From NCBI RefSeq assembly GCF_965363235.1, contig NC_134842.1, forward strand, positions 33,891,757 to 33,912,756: 21,000 nt of DNA. The letters run 5' to 3'. The position numbers and the translations under genes are program-made. This document shows, piece after piece, positions 1-9,331 of this stretch; position 1 is the stretch's first letter, and each line of letters starts with the position of its first letter. Below the pieces are notes generated by a model that saw only the letters and a program-made list of their open reading frames with translations, made no database searches and had not been told where the DNA came from. This stretch comes from Mytilus galloprovincialis. Lineage: Eukaryota.

Positions 1-83
1 ATTTTACTTATATAACATAATTTTTAATGCATTTGCCAATTTGAAGGCTAAACGAATACCAAACTATTATATTATTTCAACAG

Positions 84-290
84 GTATATGTAAAGGGAAA
101 ACAGACGGGAAAACTTTGCCCTACGTTGGTTGTAGATCGTATTGGAAGTGTCAAGATGGCATCCCTGAACCAATGTGCTGCCCTGCTGGTCAACATTATG
201 ATAATAAACAATCTAAATGTGTTGTTGGAATATCATCAGCATGTTACGGTGTAAGTTGTGATGGTGCAGCCAGAGCTTCCCCTCGTAAGA
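84..290 (+). CDS. Gene 1 internal exon. Encodes a type-2 chitin-binding (peritrophin-A, CBM14) domain. It is entered in phase 1, and the 5' end of the gene lies upstream of the window.
   Basis: Acceptor tttcaacag|GT at 81-83. The frame stays open through ICKGKTDGKTLPYVGCRSYWKCQDGIPEPMCCPAGQHYDNKQSKCVVGISSACYGVSCDGAARASPRK. The cysteine spacing is C-x13-C-x5-C-x8/9-C-x12-C-x7-C, which is the ChtBD2 pattern. The donor AAGA|GTAAGT at 291 leaves phase 1, which is the only phase compatible with the next exon. The track 'ORF' 41-325 starts on TTG and is not a real start. Confidence 0.72.
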
Positions 291-1170
291 GTAAGTACAA
301 TGTATATATATATATCACAGTTTAATTCTTTTAAGTATTTATATCGCTAATTTACATTGGACAAATTCTGCAGTAGACATTAATAATTCCGAAACAATTT
401 TTGATGTTCAAACCAAGACCGTTTTTGTTTATTTCATTGGAAACCTATCTTTTCAAAATAAGACAATCAGTTCTTTATTGGTTAATTTTCAAATATGACA
501 TGAAATGCTATTGCTTACCTCTAAATTTCCTATTGTGACGTCATGAAAAAAGGCGACCATGCCTGATTGTTTTACATAGAAAGAACACACCTTTTTGCCG
601 ATTAATTGAAAAAGAATAATTTAATTTTAAATGTTTAAATCGCCCGGCAAGGTCCGTGTTATAAATTTTGAAAGTGAAATTTCTCAAGTAGGGAAATATC
701 TTTTTAGCATTCGATGGGTAGGTATACGTAGAATCTATATATATATAAAATAAGTAAATAATTAATAAATCTTGCGCATTAAACCCATCATGTGTTCTGT
801 TTGATATTTAGATGTTTTTTAGATTATGCAATAATAAATTAATTGATTGCTGTTTGTTTAACATCCAGTGGCAAATGTTCCATGCATATACGGCACGAAT
901 TCTTACACAAACTACTGAAAGACATATGTAGGAGTTCAGCCTACAGTCTGTTTTAATAGACAGGTCTGGTTTGTCTATATATGACAGACCCCCAACCCCC
1001 GCCACCCTACCCGTCCTGAATAAATTACATGGAGACTAGATATTCAACTTCTGACAAGCAAAATAAATGTCTTCTTGTTTCAGAGGCATGCGATTTAAGA
1101 AAAATTTTATAAATTAAACAGAAATAATTTCACTTTCTGACCAGCAAAAATAAATGTCTTCTTTTTTCAG

Positions 1171-1344
1171 ATCCAGCATGTGATTATGAGGAAAATTCTA
1201 AAGATCCTGCTACATATTACCAAGTACTGAGAGTAAAGGGGTTTGCCGACAGGAAATTCTTACGCAGCTGTGCTCCTGGTACTATTTACAGTGATTTAGA
1301 CTGTATGTGTGTAATGGATTATGATGAAATTGCCAAAAAGACAG
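1171..1344 (+). CDS. Gene 1 exon, Cys-containing module (…NPACDYEENSKDPATYYQVLRVKGFADRKFLRSCAPGTIYSDLDCMCVMDYDEIAKKT), phase 1 to phase 1.
   Basis: Acceptor cttcttttttcag|AT at 1168-1170 and donor ACAG|GTAAGA at 1345. Only one of the three frames is open across all 174 nt, and that frame needs one base from the previous exon, matching the phase-1 exit at 290. Confidence 0.6.
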
Positions 1345-1699
1345 GTAAGATTTGAATGGCGTTCTCAATTATTTTCTTCTAAAAGAGGGACGAAAGATAC
1401 CCGAAAGATACCAAAGCGATACTCAAGCTCATAGATCGAAAATAAACTGACAACGCCATAGCTAAAAAAGAAAAAGACAAACGGACAAATAATAGTACAT
1501 AAGACACTACATAAGCAATGTTATATGATTTTTGAATAACTAAATTTTATCTAAAGATATAAAATTTATTTGTACGAGACATAGAAACAGGTTGATTAAG
1601 ATGACGTTAATTTATGATCTGTTTCTAGGAAAGTATAAATAAAATAGGTATTTTGAGACAATTTATCATGGTTGTTCACTTAAACTGAACAGTTTTAAC

Positions 1700-1910
1700 T
1701 TGGAAATAAGAAATGTAAACTTAAATATGAGGAATGTGAACTTGGGAGTGAGGAATATCAACGTGGGCGTGAGGAATGTCAACTTGGGCGTGAGGAGTGT
1801 CAAGCTCAGGTTAGAAATGTCAAGTTCGAAGTTTTAGAGGAATGTCAAGTTCGAAACGACCGAGGAATGCCAGATTCGAAGTTAGAAATGTGAAAATAGA
1901 AGTCGTTCAT
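1700..1910. repeat. Intronic minisatellite of about nine degenerate copies of a roughly 21-bp unit GAGGAATGTCAACTTGGGCGT.
   Basis: gaggaatgtgaacttgggagt / gaggaatatcaacgtgggcgt / gaggaatgtcaacttgggcgt / gaggagtgtcaagctcaggtta / gaaatgtcaagttcgaagtttta / gaggaatgtcaagttcgaaacgacc / gaggaatgccagattcgaagtta …. Confidence 0.75.
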
Positions 1911-2175
1911 CTTAAAAATAGAATTCCCTTCCAGTATTATGTAGACGTCCGGTTAGGAGGAAAAGGAGTAGGCCCGGTAAGGACCGATTTTGGCCTCAAA
2001 TTTCAGGTTCATCTGACGAAAGATTTTGACCACTTTTTAAACACTTAAGTGTCTATTTCATTTGATTCGATTAGTTTATGTCAAAGATTTTAACTGATTT
2101 AGTCATTAAAAACGATCCGATTCAAGCCTAAATATGAAAAATCTACCAAATATGCCAAAAAATGTCACTTTTCAG

Positions 2176-2322
2176 ATGGTTTTTGTCAAAAATGAAAGTG
2201 GCCGCATCCGTGTTCATCCTCAACCTTTATATATGTTATGCATAATTATAAAATACAACTTACATTTCAATATTAAAGATGAACACGAATGCGGCCACTT
2301 TCATTTTACACGAAAACCGTTC
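2176..2322. repeat. Foldback, MITE-like inverted repeat. The arms are about 42 bp and about 90% identical, with a 28/29 core match, and they are separated by about 58 bp.
   Basis: The left arm GGTTTTTGTCAAAAATGAAAGTGGCCGCATCCGTGTTCATC (2179-2218) pairs with the reverse complement of GATGAACACGAATGCGGCCACTTTCATTTTACACGAAAACCG (2278-2319). Confidence 0.6.
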
Positions 2323-2812
2323 AAAATTCAACTAAAATGCTAGAATTGTGAAGATTTTAGTTTTTAGTAATTTAGCATGACTTAATGGTGCTAGTACCCG
2401 ATATATGTACATTGTATTATCAAAAACAGCCCATATTTATGTAGCAGAAGCATTCTACTGTCCAATAAATAAATAAAAGTTTACATTTTAACAATTTTGT
2501 AAAACTGCTATATTTTGGGGCCAAAAAGGGGTCTAACTTGACCTTCTCCTTTCTCAAAACGATCCTTGTGTGGAAAATATTTAACTTTCATTATTTGGCA
2601 TTAACAAATTTGGAATAAAAGTTTTAGGTAGAAAAAAATTTAATGACATGACAAATGTATAAATTGTAAGAAAGTTGTTTTTAGATATAATATAGATGCT
2701 TTTATTCAACGTACACAGGCATAATTTATGTTAATGCGTACTCGGTCATTGTACAGCATCTGCCAATGATACTTACCAAAAACATGACGTCATGCATGAC
2801 TATATTTTTCAG

Positions 2813-3222
2813 CTTGTAGTGCAATGATTACCCAAGGTGCAAATGGTCAGTTCTACTATAAGAAAGACATGAATTTACCATTTGGAAAATCAAACTTAGA
2901 CTTGACCTCTGAACCAGATGCTATGACCTTCAATTCAAAATCCCATATCAACATATGGCGTCTTGCCAACCATGAATTTATGGACTCATTCGGGGTTGAG
3001 ATGAATGTGAAACTCACTCCATTTACCGGAAAGAAGGGATCTAAAACTGAACAGATCATGTTAAACTGTCTTCATAGTGACGCAGTACTGGAGGAAGACC
3101 AATGCTCGCCTTCTATGTCTCTACAAGTCAGGAAAGAACCTAAGAAGTACACATTCATCGCGCAATTGTTTACACGCACTGATAGAGGAACAGAATATAA
3201 TAAGACAATCTCCAGCACAGTA
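2813..3222 (+). CDS. Gene 1 exon encoding 137 aa with no domain I recognise (…ACSAMITQGANGQFYYKKDMNLPFGKSNLDLTSEPDAM…TDRGTEYNKTISSTV), phase 1 to phase 0.
   Basis: Acceptor tatatttttcag|CT at 2811-2812. A 160-codon open frame (track ORF 2824-3306) is unusually long for this AT-rich sequence. The first two bases complete a split codon G+CT. The donor GTATGT at 3223 comes just before the frame degenerates into a poly-T, intron-like stretch. Confidence 0.6.
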
Positions 3223-3791
3223 GTATGTTATCTTTTTTTTAACAGTTACAATTTTTTTTTACATTATAATTATGCAGAATTTTTAATCGATTTATCGATT
3301 ATATAACTGTTAGATTTGTCAAAAACAGTAAAATTTCATATTCATAAAAAGGAGATGTGAGTGTATACATAATCCATGGGACGACCACCCAAGGACAAAA
3401 ATTATTGCGGCAATATATTGCGGGTTACATACCTACGGCACTTTGTAATTATGGCGGATCCAGACTACTCTTCTACATTGTTCTAGACTCATTGCGATTT
3501 AGCCTAAGAGCTTAACATCTTGTAAGTTCACTGGTGCATTGTTTATATCTGCATATTGGCCTTTATGTGTGTTTATTGTTGGGTTTGTTTTTCATTTTAT
3601 GTCATTTATGTATATACTACATTTTCTTTTAATCTTTTTTTTTTGTGTCCAGAACATGCATGAAATATTTGCCGCTGCACGTAAAGCAACCAACAAACAA
3701 TTTATCAATTCGTATCTTGTATATACATTTGTATGCATGCAAACTACAGTTTTCATCTGAATTATGAATTTATCCAACGTTTCCATTTTAG

Positions 3792-3897
3792 TCTTCCTCA
3801 AGTGGCTACAAAGGATACATTCCTATCACATTTGCATATGATGGTGACAATTTTGCATTGAAGGCCGACAGCAATGAGCAATCTGTACCTTTGTCAG
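3792..3897 (+). CDS. Gene 1 small exon (SSSGYKGYIPITFAYDGDNFALKADSNEQSVPLS+G), phase 0 to phase 1, ending in a GC donor.
   Basis: Acceptor ccattttag|TC at 3790-3791. Only the phase-0 frame is open. The donor CAG|GCAAGT at 3898 matches the consensus perfectly apart from GC, and it leaves the phase 1 needed by the next exon. Confidence 0.4.
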
Positions 3898-3973
3898 GCA
3901 AGTACATTACCATATCCATAGCTGGTGCAGTTATAAAAAAAAGATGCTGATGATGACGATTTTCATTTTTGAT

Positions 3974-3976
<3 letters not shown>

Positions 3977-4038
<62 letters not shown>
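3977..4038. repeat. (AT)31 microsatellite, in intron 4 of gene 1.
   Basis: Uninterrupted atat… run. Confidence 0.95.
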
Positions 4039-4042
<4 letters not shown>

Positions 4043-4155
4043 GATATATTAAAAAAAAATTGCTATGAATTATGAACAATTATTTAATGACAAGCAAAAT
4101 TATTTTTAACGATTTGTGAAAAAAATCCAATTCAGTAACTTTTTTTCTAAATTAG

Positions 4156-4247
4156 GTTGGATACAGCGAAGACAGACCGGCTTGGTTTTTGGACGTCCAA
4201 CAATTAGAAATACCTCAGTAGGTTTCTTGGATGGCAGCTTGAAAGAG
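4156..4247 (+). CDS. Gene 1 small exon (G-WIQRRQTGLVFGRPTIRNTSVGFLDGSLKE), phase 1 to phase 0.
   Basis: Acceptor ttttttctaaattag|GT at 4154-4155 and donor GAG|GTAATT at 4248. Only the frame that begins after two bases is open. Confidence 0.4.
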
Positions 4248-4652
4248 GTAATTTTATTTATTATTTTGGTTGTAATAAAATAACTAACAAAAGATTGCCA
4301 AAGAAATAGCTATTCACCACAAACTACATGGAAAAGATCGTCACAATTTTTATATAGCATCGTACAGCTTTCGATAACGTGAGCAATGAGCAAAGTCCAT
4401 ACCATATAGTAAGCTTTGAAAGGCCTCGACATGACTAAATGGAAAACAATCCAAATAAAAAAAACAGCGTGATTTATGTTAATGTTGATGGCTATCAGAT
4501 TTCTTTGTTGCTTTTTGAAATGATGTTGTTTTTTCGTCAACCACCATATTCACACTTCAATAATAAAGATTGGCTATTAATTGCATGTATATTAAATTTC
4601 ATTTTTAATGAAGCGTGGGTTTTAATAAAAGTGTGCATTTTTTATTTTACAG

Positions 4653-4709
4653 ATTAACGTTTACGACTGTATCCCACTATCAATCAAGGACGCACTGACA
4701 ATAATGTAA
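4653..4709 (+). CDS. Gene 1 terminal coding exon (INVYDCIPLSIKDALTIM*), with the stop codon TAA at 4707-4709.
   Basis: Acceptor tttttattttacag|AT at 4651-4652. The phase-0 frame runs 18 codons to TAA. An AATAAA lies about 170 nt downstream. Confidence 0.4.
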   Translation: MNVYDCIPLSIKDALTIM

Positions 4710-4880
4710 CCTGCACTGGACTACAGACCACGGACCACGTACACCAGGACAATCCCAACGACATTAAAATATTCGTTCTCATCTGTTTCTCAAGAATCTA
4801 CAAAAAAAAACTGTTTTCAAATTTTAGAAATGACGTAAATTTTTCTTCGTACTCTTAAATGTATGTAATTTTCTATCTTT

Positions 4881-4886
4881 AATAAA
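4881..4886 (+). terminator. Candidate polyadenylation signal AATAAA for gene 1.
   Basis: AATAAA sits about 172 nt downstream of the inferred stop codon, in an AT-rich 3' flank. Confidence 0.35.
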
Positions 4887-5136
4887 CTTCTTGCATATTT
4901 TAAATTTGTATTGATGTTTGCATATTCATATACCCCAACACTGGATGTTATTGTCAACTCGGTAATAGGAACATGACTGCTACATGTGTATGTATCTGAT
5001 GTAATGAAATACTTCTGTTTCAAGTTAGGGTGAAGGCAAAACGTTTATAACCGCTGCATTTGTTTGCACATATCAGAAGTCAGGAACCTGATGTTTAGTA
5101 CTTAATGTTTGTTGATGTGGTTCCTAACTTTAAGTG

Positions 5137-5142
<6 letters not shown>

Positions 5143-5169
<27 letters not shown>

Positions 5170-5360
5170 TCGATTCGTCGTTGGTGTTTCTGTTTGAATT
5201 GTTTACACTAGCATTCGAGGCCCTTTATAGTTTGCTGTTTGGTGTAATCCAAGGCTCCGTGTTGAAGGCCGTACTTTGACCTAAAATTATTTACGTTTTA
5301 CACATTGTAACTTGAAGTTGTCTAATGACATCATTTTACATTGGAGATGGTGTAACAACA
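5143..5360 (-). mobile_element. SINE-like retroposon copy in minus orientation with an A-tail of about 26 nt (T26 on the plus strand at 5143-5168).
   Basis: The reverse complement of 5176-5300 reads …GGTCAAAGTACGGCCTTCAACACGGAGCCTTGGATTACACCAAACAGCAAACTATAAAGGGCCTCGAATGCTAGTGTAAACAATTCAAACAG… followed by poly-A. The same core recurs on the plus strand at 6186-6404. Confidence 0.6.
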
Positions 5361-6185
5361 CGAAAACAAAATAATCTACAAATTTAGAACTACAAAACAA
5401 TAAACGATGGCGTTGTTGGTTTTTTTTTCTTCAAGTACAATAAGAAAAAGCTGAAACATGGCACTCTACATCACGTGTATGCTTTCAATGCCCTCTAAGA
5501 GATAACTGCAAAGGGGTTAGGAACATCTATGTTGAAATCTTTGTAGAAGGTGAACTAAATGTTTATTATACTGTATACATGTATAAAATTACTGAAAATG
5601 GAGGTTTTATGTTCAGTGCCAAAGAAGAAGGCAATACTTTACTATAGGTCTTGAAATATAACACTGGTACATACAAAATGTACATTAGGGAGTTGGTCAA
5701 TTTAGGAGATTTCGGGAGAATTATTGACAAAATATAAAGAATTGAGGAATTACAGAGAATATTGGGCATAACAATAAAGACAAAACAAGCCATAAAGCCT
5801 ACAGAAAACCATCAAAGTACAAGATGATGTCTAGAAATTATTAATATTATCACAAAGAAACTATATAGAGAGTGACAGATTATTAGTTAGGGTTACATTT
5901 AATCTGTCATCGCATACGGTGTTATAGTTAAGTTGAAAGAAAATCAAACCTACCTTATGATTGGCTACCTATGACGGTCCTACACGGTCGGTCCTATATT
6001 TGGTGGTGTTTTGTTTTTGTGGTTTTTTTTTTGCCGTTTCTGGTCATTACTTGCATATCATTCTATTATTATAATATGTCTGCTTTGAATCTTATACTTT
6101 CGGTTTTGGAATGCGCATCTGGTGCAGAACAATTGGTACCATTAATTTAATTCCAGTCTATATCTGATAATAATATATAAATAAG

Positions 6186-6404
6186 GAGATATGGTATGTC
6201 TGACAATGAGACAACTATCAACCAAAGTTCATATGGAGTGAATGTAAGCAATTACCGGTAACACGGTACGGCCTTCAACAAATAGAAAACCAATACCATG
6301 AAGTCGGCTATAAAATACCCCGACATGAAAAATATGAAACAATTTAATTGAGAAGGCTAACGTCCGAATACTTAACAAAAGTATTTACGAAAAAAAAAAT
6401 ATGA
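6186..6404 (+). mobile_element. Second copy of the same SINE-like family in plus orientation (head GATATGGTATGTCTGACAATGAGACAACTATCAACC … ACGGTACGGCCTTCAACAAATAG … GCTATAAAATACCCC … A10).
   Basis: It shares the CAATGAGACAAC head motif, the GGTACGGCCTTCAACA core and the CTATAAA(G/A) box with the minus-strand copy at 5143-5360, and it ends in an A-run at 6395-6404. Confidence 0.55.
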
Positions 6405-6480
6405 CAAACATTAAAAACGACAAAAACTGAACTACAGCCTCTTGACTTATGAAGAATGTGGCGGTGTTAATAGATATAGG

Positions 6481-6545
6481 AAGATGTGGTGTGAGTGCCA
6501 ATGAGACAACTCTCCATACAAATAACAATTTAAAAAGTAAACCAT
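6481..6545 (+). repeat. Head fragment of the same repeat family (AGATGTGGTGTGAGTGCCAATGAGACAACTCTCCATACAAATAACAATTTAAAAAGTAAACCATTAAAC).
   Basis: Near-identical to the 5' region of the copy at 6186 and to the short fragment at 20281-20310 (AGATGTGGTATGAGTGCCAAAAATAAGG). Confidence 0.55.
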
Positions 6546-7827
6546 TAAACATGTTTGTGCGCGCTCAACTTGACCTGGGACAGTGGTGTTAGAGCACAAC
6601 ATAACAAACTATAAAATTCAGTTGAAAATGACTCAATTCATCAAAATCAGAAAAACATCGAATTAAACACAGACCAGATGTTGCAAGATATTTATGCATC
6701 TCTCATCCATTACAACAAAAAAGACACCGTCCGTGAAGTACAGATCTGAGAGGACTCACAGTTACTGACAGCTATTTCAAAGCAGTTAAAATCAATAAAA
6801 GAAAAAGTGAACAATTTTCACAGCTTTCTAAATATTTTACCTTAAGTTTAACTTCATAGAAACCAGGTTTATCCTTAATTGTACATGTATCAGCTTTCTA
6901 CAGGCCAATTTTCAACATACCTTTAAAGCCTTCTAACAAAGTAACTGACCATCAAACAGAGGTACTCCAAAACAAAAACCTGGTTTTCTGGAAATCTAAA
7001 ATTAGTATACTATGGAGCGCATTAATCCTCAATTTTTAATGCAAACTCGTAGACAAGTAAATTTTGGCTCAAAATGATCTAGATATATTTCTCTTTCACC
7101 AAAAGTTTCATTTCTGCAAATTTGTTGGTTAGTTTAAGTAAACAAGGACACCAAAAGCACTATTTTGTGTCAGAGTAGGGCTACTTTTAAATTGGAGGGA
7201 GTAATTGGTGGTCTGACACCTAAAAACTGTTGCTATCGTTTAGCGTCCATCGTCCGTTTTTACGTTTTGGAATTTTCCTCAATAACCACCGTTTCTGATA
7301 GACCTTATGAGTGTCTAAAATATACTTCATAATAGTAATGTCGATTCATCCAGTTGACTCAACATGGCAACCATATTGCTAAAATTAAAAGGTAAACGTA
7401 AAATGCAAAAAATTGACTAATATTTTGAAACAAAAATACTTCTGACCGGGAAAGCATGTTTATAAAATTACAATCTTAGACTACGTACGTACCCTCTATC
7501 TCCACAAAATTACCAATTGATTCCCTGTAGTAGTGTTTATCTTTAACAGAGAGGCTAAAGACACCAAAGGTGCCTTGCACCAATGCTGTTTTCAGATGAA
7601 AATTGAAATAGTATAGCCAGTTTTGTTTTCAGTGCTGCTAATATAGTATTGTGTTGATGCGAAGGAGTTGCCAGTTTAATCCTTGCTAGAGAGGAATTCC
7701 TTTGATTGTGTTGGATATTTAGATACGCAGTCACGTCATGTCAAAGGAGGAGTTAAATCCAAACTCAAAGTATGCTCTGAACGTAAAAGACAAAAAAAAA
7801 TGAAACACTTACAATAAAATGGATAAT

Positions 7828-7930
7828 GGAAATGGGGAATCTGTCAACATGGTCAAGGAGACAGAAACCCGACCAAAGATCATAGAACAGACGAAGGCCG
7901 ACACCAATGGGTCTTCAATCCAGCGAGAAA
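7828..7930 (+). repeat. Copy of a second, related dispersed repeat (…GGGGAATCTGTCAACATGGTCAAGGAGACAGAAACCCGACCAAAGATCATAGAACAGACGAAGGCCGACACCAATGGGTCTTCAATCC…).
   Basis: It shares the motif GGGGAATGT-TCAAAGAGACAACAACTCGACCAAAGAGCAG…ATCAATGGGTCT with 18359-18425 in intron 7 of gene 2. Confidence 0.45.
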
Positions 7931-8814
7931 ATTTTGCACCATGAGGCTGACCCCTAAAATTAGTCTACTTGTTCGGTAAAAATGGACGTCTAACTACGTA
8001 TACACTCAAAAACATATAATTGAACTGAAAATTAAAAATAATAGATATGAAAGACTATAACTAAGATAATAATTTAAAAAACAACACAGCAATACACATA
8101 CATGTAGTATGACTCAGTTTAAAAGAAGCATAAGTCCAATGTCAGAATAGGTCACAACAACTATTTAAGGGATCGGTAGTTGACCCGCTGCATGACTATG
8201 TTTCTGGGCTTTTTCAACATAGTGTTTTACACTCATTTTCCAATTCCATTTTTAATTTTCGGATTTATCATACTCGGCCCATTATGCAGTACCTCCTTAT
8301 TGAATTAGTTGTTGGTTTGTTATCGCCACATTCTGACTAAAATCGGCCCACTATCCACTTGCGTTTCTACAAACGGAAGCAGGTATTATGGGCTGTTTTA
8401 GCCAGAATTTTCGAAAAGAATATGTGTGAAATACTTGCTACTAAACGTTAACCAAACACGCTACCGATCAATCTCTTCTAAAAACAGTCAATTTGACAAA
8501 AGTTAAATAAATGTATAATATATATGGTAGTGGTGAGAATCCGAAATTTTCATCTGATTTGTTTTTCCTAAGGAAATATATCATTTAAAGTTTTCTTAAA
8601 TCCAATTTCAAATTAAGATATTGATACAAGTCCCATTACAATCATTGCTTCCATTTTAGACCTGTGGTCAGTACTTAAATGAGTGACTATGTCAATGCCC
8701 TTTAGGCAACTTGTATTTAAATTGAGACGATCTTAATTTGTCTGTCTTTTATCTATATAATATCTTATCTTACATGTTCATCTCAATCAAATGTTCAATT
8801 AAAAACATTCCTTA

Positions 8815-9108
8815 GGGAGCTACCATTTGATTTTTATGGGGGGGCTAGGATGAAATTTGAAAAAAATAGGCAGGACAGGAGTTTTGAGTAAAAAAAAAAG
8901 GCAGGATGAGACACTTTTTAAAAAAAAAGGCAGGATGACAATTTAGGTAAAAAAAGTCAGGATAAACTAATAAAAAAAAAGGCAGGACCGAATAGAGTGA
9001 AAAATAAAAAGGCAGGACAGAGATTACAACTAAAAAAAAATGCAGGACAAAATTTTTCATCCTAGCCCCCCCCCCCCCCCCCCCCATAAAAATCAAATGG
9101 TAGCTCCC
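8815..9108. mobile_element. Non-autonomous DNA transposon of MITE type, Tourist-like (PIF/Harbinger-like). It has roughly 40-bp terminal inverted repeats and a TTA target-site duplication.
   Basis: The left end GGGAGCTACCATTTGATTTTTATGGGGGGGCTAGGATGAAA (8815-) is the reverse complement of the right end TTTCATCCTAGC(C)20ATAAAAATCAAATGGTAGCTCCC (-9108). Both ends are flanked by TTA (8812-8814 and 9109-9111). The element has no coding capacity. The 83-aa minus-strand ORF in the track is an artefact of the poly-G/poly-C runs. Confidence 0.75.
8865..9052. repeat. Internal tandem array of the MITE: seven degenerate copies of an A8-10-GGCAGGAY-plus-variable-tail unit of about 27 bp.
   Basis: aaaaaaataggcaggacagg…, aaaaaaaaaaggcaggatgag…, aaaaaaaaaggcaggatgaca…, aaaaaaagtcaggataaac…, aaaaaaaaaggcaggaccgaa…, aaaataaaaaggcaggacaga…, aaaaaaaaatgcaggacaaaa…. 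Confidence 0.8.
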
Positions 9109-9308
9109 TTACGAAGCATAATATAATTTGATGATTCATTAAAATTAATGTGTGAAATAAATTCGTTTTATTTTCTATCGCAATTATGTATTTTTGTTTC
9201 TATGGGAAACATGATGGTATTATTATGAAGTGACTCGGATACACCTTTTTTGGTTCTCTCGATAAATATATAAATGTTCTTACTTTAAATAAAACTAATA
9301 TAAACAAC

Positions 9309-9331
9309 TATATATATATATATATATATAT
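9309..9331. repeat. (TA)11 microsatellite, intergenic.
   Basis: tatatatatatatatatatatat. Confidence 0.9.

Noticed and set aside
251-256. An earlier perfect GTAAGT donor inside the ChtBD2 exon.
   Set aside because: Splicing there leaves phase 0, which is incompatible with the only open frame of the next exon at 1171-1344 (needs phase 1). In frame it reads G-V-S. It could still be a cryptic site.
41-325. Track ORF of 94 aa starting with 'M', treated as a complete small gene.
   Set aside because: Its 'start' is TTG at 41, in intron sequence. The real unit is an internal phase-1 exon at 84-290, bounded by a CAG acceptor and a GTAAGT donor.
3223-3306. Reading the long ORF 2824-3306 through to its stop as a terminal exon.
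   Set aside because: The last 28 codons are poly-T/AT-rich, hydrophobic low-complexity sequence typical of intron read-through. A good GTATGT donor at 3223 and a phase-compatible open exon at 3792 favour splicing. Read-through is kept as the alternative.
8865-9052. Regularly spaced repeats of about 27 bp, resembling a CRISPR array.
   Set aside because: The sequence is eukaryotic. The units are A-rich and degenerate, with no conserved repeat/spacer alternation. They lie between the terminal inverted repeats of a transposon. This is a MITE-internal minisatellite.
8845-9096. Minus-strand 83-aa ORF with a poly-Gly run.
   Set aside because: It lies entirely inside the MITE and is created by the poly-C/poly-G homopolymers and the A-rich tandem array. 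It has no coding signature.
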